Below, piece after piece: positions 1 through 13,449 of a DNA stretch of 64,000 bases. Numbering within the stretch: the first letter of the stretch is position 1; each line of letters opens with the position of its first letter. The notes beneath the pieces were generated by a model, which saw nothing but the letters and a program-made list of their open reading frames with translations, made no database searches and was not told the DNA's origin. The position numbers and the translations under genes were made by a program. The stretch comes from Lama glama (Eukaryota), in NCBI GenBank assembly GCA_028534125.1, contig CM052818.1, positions 37,946,001-38,010,000 on the forward strand, in the 5' to 3' direction.

Positions 1-2690
1 TATTTAATGGACCAAGACAAATATAAAATAATAGAAACCAACCCAAAGATGAAGCAGATCAGAGATTGATATGTTATGATCTCTGGGACAAATTATCACC
101 AATGTCTCTTTTTATAAATAAAGTCTTCTTGGAACACAGCTGCGTTCATTTACTTATGTATCATCTATGGCTGCTTTTTTGCTACAATAGTGGTTGAGTA
201 ATAAGACAGAGATCATGTAGACAACAAGCCTAAAGTTTTTGCTTTTCTGGCCCTTTACCGAGCAAGTCTTCCAACCTCTGGGGCATAATAGAGTTAACAG
301 ATGGGGATTGTAAAATAAATGTTAATAATATTTTAAAGATACTAATGGAAAAGAAAGACAAAATAGATCAAATAAAGTAAAATTTTACCAGGAAATTGAA
401 ATTTATTTTAAAAATAGATTAAATGTTTATTCTGGAACTTAGAAATACAACATCTGAACATAAGGATGGATAATTTTATGAGCAGATTGATCCCAGCAAA
501 ATACAGGATTAATGAACTTGAAAACAGGTCATAGGAAAATATAAATTAAAGTACAAAAAGAATAAAATGCAAATATCAGATAAGAGCATAGGAGATGTGT
601 GTCAAAAATATGCGTAATTGAAATTATATAAGAGGAAGAAAGAGAGAGGGCAAAAACAATATCTAAAGCCATACCACTTGAAAATTTTCCAAAACTACTG
701 GAAGATATCTTCCCACAGACTCAATAATTTCTGAGAAACCTAAGAAGAATAAACTTAAGGGAAATCACAAGTTTGCACATCATAGAGAAGTTTCTTGAAA
801 CCAAGTACAAAATAAAAACTTCAAAGGCAGTCAGAAAAAAAAAGACATTGTCTGACAAAACATCAGGCTTCTGAAGAGAAATAATGGAAGTCAGAAAACA
901 ATGAAAAAACATCTTTGAAAGGATAAAAGAAAACAATTGTCAACTTAGTATCAGTTACCTAGCCAAATGTAACCTTCAGAATGAAAGTAAAGTAAATACA
1001 GTTCTCAGACAAAAAAAAAAAAAACCCACAAAAGCAAAACATAACTAAATTTGTCATCAGAGGAGATGCGCTAAAAGAAATATAAAAGTGAATTTTTCAG
1101 TAGAAAGAAAATGTTCCCAGATGAAAACAAGAAAATGTAGGAGTGAATGAAGAACACCAAAAAGGATAAAAGTACAACTAGAGATAAATGAATATTGATG
1201 GCACAAATAGATGTAATGTTGTGCGGACTGTCTGATATACTCAGAACTAAAATGCACACAGATACCGCTAGACAGAAATAATACTAAAATTGGAAAAGGA
1301 TAAAATGTGAAAATTTTCCAGCTATTTTAGCTGAATCAAGAAGTGATGAAACTGATTGTTTTTATTATATGCCAGTAAGTCGAAGAGGTACGTTGTTACT
1401 TCTAAGGTAATAACTAAAATAACAGTAAAATAATGTAAACTATCAAATAAACTAATTCTATTAAATGCAAATGGTTTAAATAATCTACCAAAATATTAAA
1501 GTTGTCAGATTGCATTAAAAGTTGAACATTCAACTATAAGGCACTTACAAAACACACACTCTAAGTAATATATGCAAAAAACAAAAAGTACAGATTAGGG
1601 CAAGACACACTCCTGGAGATATAAATATATATATTATCATTAGTATAAATGGATCAATCCCACAGAAATATAGCACAGTTCTAAATCTGTTTATCTCTAA
1701 AAAATAGCTTTATTAAAATCAGAGCAAGAATGAATACAGCTAAAATGAGAATCAGACCTACTAGCCATGCAGTGAAAGAGTTTGACACACCCCCTTGCAA
1801 TAGCTGATAAGACATTGGCAAGGATAGAGAAAATCTGAACAAACCAGTTAATGAACTGGACCTAACTAATACACATGTAACAATGCACCCAAAACCAGAA
1901 TTCTTTTTTTTTTTAAGTACATACGGGACATTTACCAAAATCAACTATATGTTGGATAATAGAGAGAGACTCTACGTTTAAAAATACTGAAATCATTCAG
2001 AGTAAATGTTGTGACTATAAGTGAGATTAAGCTAGAAAATAAGAATAAATACCACAAATGCCATCCAAAGCCACAGCGGTGTGCCAGCGGGACAGAAGAA
2101 GGACACAGGAAGATACAGTGAAGATGTGAAGCAACTAGAGAGTCTCGTGTCCCACTGATTGGAACATGAATTGGTTCAGCTCCCCATCAGCTTCTACACA
2201 GGCTGAATATGCACATATGATATGAATCAGCAATCCCACTCCCCGATACACTGCCAACAGAATATTTGTTCCGAAAGCGACGTACCCACATGTTCGGATC
2301 AACGATATCTGAAATAGACAACAATTGAAAACTATCCAACTGACCGGCAGAATGGATAATGTATTTGGTATCTTCGCATAATGGAACACCATAAACCAAC
2401 GTGCAGTAATACTGTTACATCCTACAAACATAATGATCAACCAAGATCATCAGCCACAAAAATTATTTGATTCCATTTATAAAAATTATAAAATTGTCAA
2501 AACTAATTATACATGGATTACACTTATTCTCAGGAACGTAGTGACTGGAAGGGTATCTAGAGTGCTGGTAATGTCCTTGGTCTTGTACTGGGACAAGTTG
2601 TGTTTAGTTCAGAAAATTCACCAGACTATACCCGTACGATGTGTGCGCATTTCTGTATGCATATTAAGCTTCCATAAAGTGCTTTAAAAA
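1..2690 (+). mobile_element. Old, degraded LINE-1 (L1M/L1ME-type): ORF1 remnant, endonuclease remnant and 3' end
   Basis: A-rich strand. ORF1-like text at about 290-1150, endonuclease-like text at about 1450-2050 ('catttaccaaaatcaactatatgttgg'), L1 3'-end text at about 2100-2690 ('agttcagaaaattcaccag...gtgtgcgcatttctgtatgcatatta'). No long ORF remains. Confidence 0.8.
60..280 (+). mobile_element. MER58A-like hAT-Charlie non-autonomous DNA transposon nested in the L1
   Basis: Follows the MER58A consensus as I recall it: 'ataaataaagtcttcttggaacacagc...tatggctgcttt...gcctaaagt...ctggccctttac...ccaacctctg'. L1 ORF1 text continues on both sides. Confidence 0.85.
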
Positions 2691-4879
2691 ATTGCAGTTG
2701 TGGGAACTGAACAAGTACCATTCGACCAGAAGAGTAGAATGCTGAATTAAAATGGAGGTGCAGTTCACTGAAGTTGAGGATTTCAATCTATAAGCAGCCA
2801 AAATGCCGGAAACATTGTTTAAATGCACACTGGGTGCCCTCCACCTAAAGGCAGAACTTGAGACAAGACTGTGAGCCTGCTGCTAAGATGAACAGGAGGG
2901 TGGAATGGAGAGGCTGGAAGATAACATTCCTGAGAACGTTCATAGTGGGGCTTGAGACAAAGCATAAGCTCTTCACTGGACAGTGAAAAAGTACTGATTT
3001 GGATTTAAAATTGTGGGAAAATAGAAAAAGCCTATCTCCCCAAAACATGACAAATGGATTGTGAGAAATCCCTCACTTTGAAAGAGGGCAAGTCGAACAG
3101 AGACTCATGATAGAACTGTATTCTTGTTATTGAAGGAACTAGGGGAGACATTTAGTTATATATTTAGGAATATAGAAAGTGCTTTCTGTTATAAGAAAGC
3201 ATGCTAGAAAGATTGGAGAGGGTGAGGGGTAAAGGAAGTAGGGTTAGAGAAGGGAGAAGGATACAGGAAGAGTGAATAAAAAGAGGAACCAACATACTGG
3301 AAGTAACACAGGATAACTTGTGTCTGAGGATATCTCAGTCCATGTGAGTGGACTTCTAACCTGATTATTCAGGTCACGAGATATACTTTCCAGAGGACTT
3401 GCAAATACTGACACAAGCTGACAGTGGTCTGCACGGGGAATGAGGGAGAAGTAGAGACAGGTGTTGTCCTCTCGTCATACTATACCCCAACTGTATATCG
3501 ACCTTACAAGATCTCAGTTACTTTGATCTGGGAGATGCACTGACATCACTTACTCCAAGCATGCATACAATGTAAGAACTCTTCTGCAGCATCCTTGAAA
3601 AGAAATGCACTCTCTTCTTTAATACCCAAAGCAAGGAAGAACTGACTGTCTGATGCAATTGCTCTCTTCAATTTCAAACTCTAATTATTAGAAACTTCTT
3701 TCTAATCTGGAGTCCACATCTGCCTCCATGTAATTCCCACACATGAGTCCTAGTTCTGCCTGCTGGAGCCAACAGAGCAAGCCTGCTTCCTGTTCCACAT
3801 GACAGCACATCAAATATTTATTGACAGTTCGCATGTCACCAGTGTTTTCTCCAGGCCACATTCCCTTAGGTCCTAGCTGTCTCAGAATCGATGGACTATG
3901 GAAACACAGATGATGTAGCCTTCATTTCCAAACCACTAACACCTGTTTCAGATACTAAATGGTAGCAAAGTAAATAAAATCCTGGTCAGCATTTACACCT
4001 GGGGTTCCACTGGCATATAATAAGACAAGTCTGCATATGGAAAACCAACTGATTCACCTTCAGACTGATACCATTGTACCGATAGATACATGTTCCACCT
4101 CTACATTCAAACAGCAAATGTACTTTAGACTCCATGGGTATCTTGGTCCTAAAGAATCACAGTTACGGTTTCATGGTTGGTAACTACCAGTTATAGAACG
4201 CTGGCTTTATGAGAATTGTAGGTCATGTGAACTGAACCATGAAACAGCAAATGTGTCTGAAGATCAAATTCTGTCACAAAGTTAAGCTATATTTGTACAC
4301 CAAAACTCTACCTTAGAAAACTTAGGGATAAAGAATTGCTTTAGGAATCCCAGATAATACCAAGTTTCTCCGATTAATGTCTGCTTGTTTTAGAAGTGGA
4401 CCCTGGACTCCCTGGAAGCAGTAAAGGGCAAGAGAAATATTCATCCTCTCTAGCGAGGTGAAGCATCCGCATGAGTTGAACAGCATGACAATGACTGGCC
4501 ATCATCCTCGCTGCCTGCATTGCTAGCCTGGTGTCTCACAACAAAATGCAGCTCTTGCCTGACCAGCTGGAAGACTCCAAGCACCTTCTCTGAGCAGAGT
4601 GCTGTGTCAGATGCTAAGGTGAACTCACTAAGTATGTGTGTCATTGCCTCTTCTTTAAAGAACTTTCAATTTCGTTCAAGACATAAGACTAAAACTTCAG
4701 TGTGATTGACAGAGGGTGATCAATCACAGCGTGTGTGAAGGCATGGCTAATGAATGAATATGAATATATATGTGTACACACATACATACAATGACAGAGT
4801 TGCATGTGGGTCCCAGCTTTACCATATATTAGCAGCATGGCCCTGGACCAATCACTAAACCGTTATACGCTGATCTCAG

Positions 4880-5965
4880 AGGGTAATAGTGACCTTTGTA
4901 CTGGAGTGTTAAATGGCCACTTCTCCCATCTTCAAAGTGACATGGAGTATCACTGGCTTCCCCCTTCTCATGGAAACTGGTTTTCTCTAGGCTTCCATAA
5001 CATCATCCTCTTCTGGCTCTTCTACCCCGTTGGCTGCCTTCTCACAGTCTATTTTGTTTTGTTTTCCACCTCTTCCAGAATTCTCAAAGTTGGACTGCTT
5101 CAAGGCTTGGTCCTATAACATCTTCCCTTTTCTAGCTATAGTTCTCCTATATGCAATCTTATCTAGTACCACACACTTAAATATCACCCATCTGTCAGTG
5201 ACTCCCAAAATTGTATCTCCAGGTCTCATCTCCCCTCTAAGTTCCAAGCAATAACTCTAATTGCCTTCTTAATGCTTTTTATGAATGTTACAAATATGTC
5301 TAATAGGTATCTCAAGCTAAACATGGCCAACACGGAAAATGTGATTCCCCATCCTTTAAAATCTGTTCTTCCCTTCTAAATAAATATGATTCTACCCATA
5401 AGGTTCCTAAACCCAAAGTAAGGCATAACCCTTGAAACATGCTTTCCTCCTCTTTAGGAAATCTAATCAGAGAGTCCAAATGATCAAAAAGTCACGTTGG
5501 CCAGACTTTAAAAATATATTCCAGATCAGTTAACCCCTTCCCACTTCCACTCTTACTAGCCTGGCCCGTCTTCCCTCACCTAGACTAGATCTTCCAACTA
5601 GTCTCCTGTCCTGCACTTTTGCCCCGTACACACATCAGACAGACTAATCCTTAAAATAATTTAACCTGAAACAAGCTACTCACCTGCCTAAAAAGACACT
5701 CTATAATGCGTTTACATTTTATGCTAAAAAACTCAGACCCTTCACGTGACCCGTGAAGCCCCACATCGTCGGGTCTCCTGCTGCTTCTCTGACGTCACCT
5801 CCTACAACTGCCCCCTCACTTAGGGCTCCGGCCACACGGGCCTCCTTGCACGTGGCGAGGGCTCACGTGGTCTCGGACGCTTTACGGTAGCTATTCCCTC
5901 TGCCTACACGTGTGACCCACGTCTCTTCACGGCTGGCCTGTCATCCCGGCTCTGCTCTTCTGAGA
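4880..5965 (+). mobile_element. LINE-2 fragment (RT 3' part toward the 3' end)
   Basis: Pyrimidine-rich L2 text such as 'gtgactcccaaaattgtatctccag' and 'ctcaagctaaacatggcc'. Confidence 0.75.
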
Positions 5966-5988
5966 AAATTCCTTGGGTGTAAAATACA

Positions 5989-6420
5989 CGTAGCAGCCGT
6001 GAGAAAGCTCTTAGACGTCCGACTGTCAGGAGCCAATTGACGCAGCTGTTGTACTGCGGTGTTCATTGCTGTCTTTGCATCAAAGCCAAGCCTCCCCCAG
6101 CCAATGACAGAGTCTGGCAGAAATGCTAAGGCAGACCATTCCTCGGGGATGCAGGACTCCCCTGACAGCCACCTTTGGCTTGAAGACTCGTGGATGGCTC
6201 TGCCAGACTCTAGACTGCACAGCCATCTAGGACGCATTCGCTCAAATGCCCTCCCTTCGTCTTCTCACTCAGGGTCACACTGGCATGAAGGTACATCAGT
6301 TCTCCCAGCTCCCCTCAGCTCCCTCCCTCTTGTCCCCCACACAGACATTCCCACCACTAAAACCCTTGCATATTTAAACTCTTCTTTGTGCCTGCTTCTC
6401 AGAGGACCCCAATTAAAACA
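5989..6420 (+). mobile_element. LTR16A-like ERVL solo LTR
   Basis: Starts '(c)gtagcagcc', contains 'cccagccaatgacagag...ctaaggcagaccattcct', ends 'ctgcttctcagaggaccccaattaaaaca'. About 430 bp. Confidence 0.85.
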
Positions 6421-6499
6421 GCATAAATATTTGATCCTGTGACAGTAATGATTTTTAAAATCTGCACATCATAATTTAAAAATTGCTTATATCGTTACA

Positions 6500-6645
6500 T
6501 AATTCATCCCACATACAACATTGTCCTCATTTTATACATTAGGAGTTAAGGCTCAGAAAGAATAAATGACTTAATGCCAAGGATCATAATAAGCAAATGT
6601 AAAAGCAGAATTTTCCTTCTAACTCTAAACACTTCCCACCATAGC
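6500..6645 (-). mobile_element. MIR SINE fragment
   Basis: Reverse MIR core 'cctcattttatacattaggagttaaggctcagaaag...tgacttaatgccaagg'. Confidence 0.65.
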
Positions 6646-7861
6646 TGTCGGGTTCCTTCCCCTATACCAAGGAGGACTTGAGCGATTCTAAAGATTCCTG
6701 AAAAGACTGAAAACTCCACCACATCTTCATCCAAATAATGCTCAGAGTTTTGGATTTGGGTTGTGGTTTGCCCTCGGGTCATGCATTTAATTAGGGAGGA
6801 CAGAATGATTTGCATTTTTATTCTACACGACATACTTCTGGGGCGGTAGCATATACACTCTTTACATTATGCAAATATATTTCTGCTGCCCCCTTATTAT
6901 TTCAGTGAATCAAGTCTACCAAAGGTCAATGTCTTTGTCAGCACGAGAGTGGACGCTGGCAGCGTGAGGTGACAAAAGCTGCAGCCTGTTAGCAGTCACT
7001 GTCAGCAGCAGGCTGTGATCCTACCTCTCTGGCCCCAGCAGGGCAATTTCACTATCCCTTCAGACCAGCCTCGAAGAAAGAATTTCCTCTTCTTTTGACG
7101 TTTGAAAGCCAGATCCACCCACTTCTCCAAATGCCCAGCAGAATTGCTGCCGGCCGCTTGGACGGGTCCCTTTATCAAAACTTTACTGCAAAGACTTTTC
7201 ACTTCTTCACTCAGCTTTCATTGCACAACATGCCTGCTTTGTGCTGCTCAAGGAGACTTAACAAACCCCAGAAAGGCCAGAGAGTGCAGCCACCAACTCG
7301 TAAATCCTGAAACACACAAGGTAACAGGAGTTGTCAGTGATCTCCCGCGCTGTGTACAAGTCCTTCTCTGTGACACTTGAATGGCATGCCATCACTTCCT
7401 TTGAAAAAGCCCCGATCTACCAGCATAGTGTTCATACAATCTCTGTACCGTATTCTCCAGTACAAGTTTTCTTCTGACTTTTACATGTCGGTGTATCTTC
7501 ATTTGATATACAGGCTTAGCAGGAAACTATTTGTTGGGAAAAAAAAATCAAGGAGAGAAAAAGTTGCTTGCTGTCAGAATAATCAGGGAAGTGCCATATT
7601 TAAAGGATGAATACACGGTGTGATTCTAAAACAAAGAGACTGATTTTCAAGTGCAGTTTACATACACCCCCTGACAAATCTTATTTTCTTTTTTAATCTA
7701 CATCAATTAATTACATTATTATGTTTATCAACGTTAAGGACACACTGAGTTTTATACAAAATCTGGTTAATAATAGGAGATGCCACTATTCTGAAATGCG
7801 AAAATAATGGATTTTTCTGATAGCAACTTTATAGGATAGTCAGTTCACTCAGATAGCACTC

Positions 7862-7990
7862 TCTCTTTTGCAGAAAAGTAAAACTGAAATGCGCAGAGGA
7901 ACATTAAGGTTCCCAGGGCTGTACATCTGGTTAGGAACTAAAAAGGGATTCGAATCCAGATTTGCTAGTACATAATTCATTTGCTGCTCT
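7862..7990 (-). mobile_element. MIR SINE fragment
   Basis: 'ttttgcagaaaagtaaaactga...gggattcgaatccag', i.e. reverse core plus B-box. Confidence 0.65.
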
Positions 7991-10699
7991 GTGCTCATGC
8001 TGCGAATGCTCGAACCCCATGATACGCTGTAACTGGTTCTTAGCAATGTGGTCTGTACGCGATATGACATGGTAAGAGGAGCATGTCCTGGAAGTGCTGT
8101 GGTTTTACATTCCGAAAGGTGTCCGAAAAGGAGCTGGAACCACACCGGTCAGGATGTTTAGGAAGGTTCCTACCCTAGTTTTGAGAAAGTAAGACTTGAG
8201 CTTTGAAGAATGGATAGGATAAGATTCAGACAACCAAGAGAAGGAGAGCAATTTAAAGAATGGTCCCAGAAAAGAGTGGGTGCATTTGGAGGGTAGTAAG
8301 TCTGTTACTATGCATAGAAGAGAAGCGGCAACAAAGGCTGGAAAAGTCAGGAGAACCAAATGTGGATAGGGAAGGCTGGGAAGTGTGATGGGAATGGGCC
8401 TGGATGAATAGCCAAGGCACAAAAATGGTTGGCAATGGGAGAGATCTTGGAATTTTTCAAGAATGAATTCCTATGCAGCCCTATATCTAAAACATACTAG
8501 CAGTCGGGGTTTGTATCCTCTTGCTGCACTCAGAGGTGGGTGCACATTCCCTGTGGCTTCTAAACAAAGCTTGAAGGTGGTTTTTCTGAGAACCAGTACG
8601 CCCTGAGCGGTAACACACTGTGCAGACTCAGGAACCACGGACTTGACCTCGCAGGGCTGAGCTGGAATATGGTCACAGGTGGAGACAGAACATAACACGG
8701 ATCAATGCAAGGAGACGCTGAGGACCATGCAAACAAGCAGGACAACTCTTAATAAGGAAAAGAAACAGTGATGTGTTTGTAGAGGGGGAACTGGAGGGAC
8801 CCGACACTACAGACGAGTACAAAGAGAAGTTAAAAAAGAAAACCATCTCATCTTCCTTAAGGCTTCAGCAAGTACTCAGATACCATCATGAACTGCAAAT
8901 GTCTTTAAAGCAGATGTGGACCCAAGTGAAACCTGTGTCTCAGAAGCAGGTGAGCGTCACAGAGGTTCCGGAGCACACAAACAACAACACAGATGCCTGC
9001 TGCCGGCATGAAGCATGTGGACAAATATCAAAAGTCAGGGAAGAAAATTCAGTCTTCGCATAGAGCAAAAAGTAGGCCATTAACTTAGGTATTTAAACTG
9101 GTGCATGAACCCCACGGGGCAGGAAGAAATCCAGTGTACTCCAGAACCAAATTACAAGGTAGAAAAGTTCAATTCACATAAATACATGGATTAGCTGATC
9201 TGAGAATTGGGTTCAATTGTCACCTTTGGGAAAATCAAATCTGTCATATTAATAACAAGAGTATTAAGATGATCCTGCTATTCATATGCTAATCACAATA
9301 AGGGCTTTTCTACATGTTATCAAGCAAAATAAAACATTTTTCAAATATAAAGATTCTGCAAACTTCGTAATACCTCGAGAGCCTTATTAAAAGTGTTCAC
9401 ACATTTAAATAAAATTAAATTCCAGCCTAATCACCGCAGGCAGATACCGCTCCATGAGAGGCGGCTTTCCCCCAGAGTCGCATCTGAACAGCCCCGCGCA
9501 GGGGATTTCGCAGCCATTTATCTCTCGTGGCATTACAGATATTGAGTTCAGATTATGCATGTTGCAAACCTACTGGTTTAATGATCTGGAGGCCATGTCC
9601 ACACTCTTAGCACTAATCACTTTGGCCGTATAACAGTGTTGAAGAGTGCTGTTATTAAAGAAAAAAAACAAAAAACTTCCTGGAATAAGACTTACTTCTG
9701 AAGACAAGGCTTCCAAGCCTTTTTCCCTCAGCAGAGCTGTCAGTTTAGATTCAGAATACTTACAGCCCAGATTCGCCAGGTAGTTTGGAAATAAATGACA
9801 ACCTCATTAGGCAAAGAAGCTTACAGTCCTGTGCCCTTCGCACTCATGGTGATGAAGCCAGAGACGCCATCCCGGGTTCTGAGTTCCTCAAAGATTTCAT
9901 TCAACTCTCTAGGCTAGTGATGAGGTCCTGCGGATTTATCATCATCACTGTGTCAAGTGTGTTAGTCAGGACAGCAAACGCCCAGCTGCAGGAACCACCA
10001 GCTTCTCAGTCTCTGCAGTTAACGCAACGGAGGCACGTGCCCACTCAGTCACAGTCCGGCTGGCTTTTCATCAGGCAGAATTCCAGTTCCTCCCGTCCTG
10101 TGGCACCACCATCTCTCAGTCCTTCACGGAATTATTTACATTCACTCAGTCAAGCAGAGTGTAAGTAGGGGCAACATTCTGGGACAAAAGAAGGCAGATT
10201 GATGAGCTAGTCTCTGCTACATAGACTGGCAGTGTTTAAGTTGAAAAAGGGGAATTTCCAAGAAGCGAAGGAATAATGGTAGAATATGTGACAGAATCCC
10301 TGAGGGAAATTATACTTTCAACAAGGAAAATTCTAAAGAAAAAGGCTGTGCCTATCCATCCATCCCCCAGCATCCACTAGCTTATACCCTGTGCACCTAC
10401 TGTGTGTCACATCCTCATTGCTGGAGGTGAGCCTCTCTACCCATCTCCCCATGCCCAGGAGCATCCAGGTTACTGACAGGTACGAGTGGAAGGCGAAACA
10501 ATAAACAGAGGAATGCAATATGGTGGGACAAGAGCAGAGAGGCATTAAAAGAGGCTGTTTCTTCTGAATCCCCCTTTACTTCCGTTTTATTCTCAGAAAT
10601 TCTTCTGTGACAACACATTTGCCTTTGAATGGCCATCTCTTGTTCTCCCACAAAAGGTGTATACAGAGGGTCTTCCCAAGAGCAAACAAAAGAGGAAAA

Positions 10700-11120
10700 A
10701 ATGCTTAAAATATACGGAATGAAAAATTAAACCTGAATGCCTGGTCTGTAACAAAAAACATAAAGGTATTCATTCCCTCTAACCTAATCATCATTTTCAA
10801 CAAGAATTTACATGAAAGAAATTATTCAACAGAAGCAGGATGTTATATAAATCAACATGATTATTGCAGAGTTAGCTACGATAGTCAAAAAAAAATTTAA
10901 TAGTCAAAATGCCCAATACTAACCTTACATTTACTTGATGGAGCATGGTAGACTCATTAAAACTATACTAAATTGGCAGATGGAAATGTTTATGTCACCA
11001 TTTTAATTCAAGTAGACAATGAAACATTTCTTTCCCATAGACTATATATAATATGCCCAGCAAATAAAAGTAATTGCTTTATTGGGATGGTGAAATGACA
11101 GGTAATTTTTTTATTTAAAC
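10700..11120 (+). mobile_element. Old L1 (L1ME-like) 3'-end fragment
   Basis: 'attattgcagagttagctacgatagtcaaaa...aaatgcccaata', resembling decayed L1ME 3' ends. Confidence 0.5.
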
Positions 11121-11629
11121 ATTATTTTTAATATTGCTACATCAGCTTCTCGGTGATTAAAACATTTATACGATCTGTATGTCAGAGGCAAAACACACAA
11201 GTTATTGTTCATTCTGAAAACAACTGCCATTTCACAAACTCACTAGCATTTGTCACCTAGAAATTTTTTATTTTGGTTGCGTGCCCCTCTCTGCACAACT
11301 GTATTACTTTTCTGTCTGTCCCCAGATCCTATCTTCCTCTTGTTCTCTTCCAGCACATTCTCTCCAGAGTCATAAAATTCCCTTTGGCTCTCAGAAAGCT
11401 GGACCCCTGGGTAGTGGAAAAATCGCACAAGTGTGTCCATTCCCAGCAGTCATAATTTGCAACCTCTTCCCTAAAATTCAGAAAGTCCCTAAACTCTCGG
11501 GCATGAGGAATTGTGTCTTGCTCTGAGTCATACTTGAGGCAGGAAGCGAGCAATGATTTGAGGACAACAATAAATATCCTCTAGGGCTGAACATTTAGAA
11601 AAAAAAAAAGGTAAAATATGTGAATTCTC

Positions 11630-11878
11630 AGATTAGGAGAACTAGCTCTGGAGTAAATTGCTTCAGGTCAAAGTTTTCCTCTTACTAACTGTGACATTGG
11701 GCAATTTATTTAAAGTGTCTATGCTTCAGTTATTTCATCATGTGAAAAAGAAGGAGCAGAAGATGAGGAAGAAAAGGAGCTGTTACCACACAGAGTTAGT
11801 ACAAGGATCAAATAGGATAATGAATACACTTGGCTTACTGTGTACAGTCAAATGTGGTAGCTGTTTTCTCAGTAGTGG
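11630..11878 (+). mobile_element. MIR SINE
   Basis: 'gctctggagtaaattgc...cttactaactgtgacattgggcaatttatttaa...cttcagttatttcatc...aggatcaaatag'. Confidence 0.75.
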
Positions 11879-11999
11879 TTATGGGAGTGGAAAGAGACTA
11901 TATTTTCATTTAAATACAGGCGAATTATGTAGAACTGATCAGGTATCAAATTCCTCATTTTAAGTGTTAATTGCATCTATGGTGACAGTGTCCTTTTTC

Positions 12000-13340
12000 T
12001 TACTCAATCCACCTGCATTCTCATACGCATGTCTTCTAATCTTGAAAATTAATCTATAATTTTTCTCTTATCTTTTCTTTATCTTCAGCTAGTCCTATTT
12101 AGATTGTCTTTAATCCAAGTGTATAAAAGTATTCACATCTCTAACATTCTTAGGAAAAAAAAAATCTTCCCCAGATCATTTTAAGACTTAGTGTTTCTTT
12201 TCTCCTTCCATTTGCAACTAAATTTCTAGGGGTTGTATCCATCTGCTCTGTTCCACTCAGGTTCTCAGTCCACCCTAAATAATTTCTGGCCATATCGTTT
12301 CATTGAAACTGTCTTAACTCAAATCATCAATGAATTTCCTATCTCCAAAGAATACTTTGTATTATTTATTGGATTTCTCTGATACATCTAATTTTGTCAT
12401 GATTTCTCTCTGTTGCTTGCACTCATTTTCTTCACTTGTTCATCATTATTAGCTGTGCCTTCTTGAACTCTGTGCTTTGCTCTCCCCTTTCTGTGGGCAT
12501 TCATCATCCACACCTACTGCCTTCTCCTTGCAGATTCCTCCTCCATCAACCACTAAAACACCAGCATCCCCAAGATTCTGCCACGTAAGTGCCGCTCTTC
12601 TCTTCCCCAAGAAATGCCCATTAGTCAACCTCATGAGACTCTTGGTTTTACCTATAATGTTTGTATTGATAACTTCCAAATCTGTATGAATATCCTTGAC
12701 CAGCACCCCGAGCAGTAGACTCAGGATAGCAAAGCACAGAGTCTGGCACATATTGACACAATAAATAATTGTAGGGAAAAAAATAAATTATACCTGTTAG
12801 TCACAGCATTTCAGTATCCCAGAGCTCCCCTCAAAGGCTAAAACTAACCTAAAGGAAAGTTCTAGAGGAGGGGCTAAACTTTCTCCATATTCCTAGTCTC
12901 ACTCTGTGAATGGCCAGGAGCGTACAACCATTTACTCAAATCGGGAACTTGGAAGTCATCTAACTCCTTCCATTTATGCCATCGCTATATCATTCTCCTT
13001 CAAGCTCTGAGCAAATCTTGTTTATTTTACCTCCTGATGTTTCCCAGATCCACCCTCTTTCTTCTCTTTTACCTCTGCTGCCCTAGTGCATTTCAGCATT
13101 TCCTACCTGAAATGCTGCAGTCAGGAGCCACCCAGTTGATCTTGCCTGAGACTTTGCACTGACTTAAGACATCATCTTGCCCTGTCATCTAGAAAATCTA
13201 CCTAAGTCACAAAAAAAATGACTGCACCACTTATTTCTTCCTATGTAGACCTTCAATGGTGTTTGTTTACTTACAGGAAAATTTACCAGATTTTTAACAT
13301 GCCATGTCCCTTCTACCATGCTTGTTCTCTGACTCACCTT
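12000..13340 (+). mobile_element. LINE-2 fragments (at least two pieces)
   Basis: 'cattgaaactgtcttaactcaaatcatcaatga', 'tgataacttccaaatctgtat', L2 3' end 'tctggcacatattgacacaataaata' near 12740-12770, and a second L2 piece at about 12860-13340. Confidence 0.65.
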
Positions 13341-13449
13341 GCTATACACTTTACCACTTTCAAGACCTCAATCTTCTGTAGTACAACATACTAGGTAATA
13401 GAATGTCCCAGTTTAATAATACTACAGACACCCACAAAAACAAACAGAC

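Noticed and set aside
4394..4618. Possible plus-strand exon after 'ttgttttag'
   Set aside because: Early stop codons in the frames examined and a weak donor. There is no evidence for transcription.
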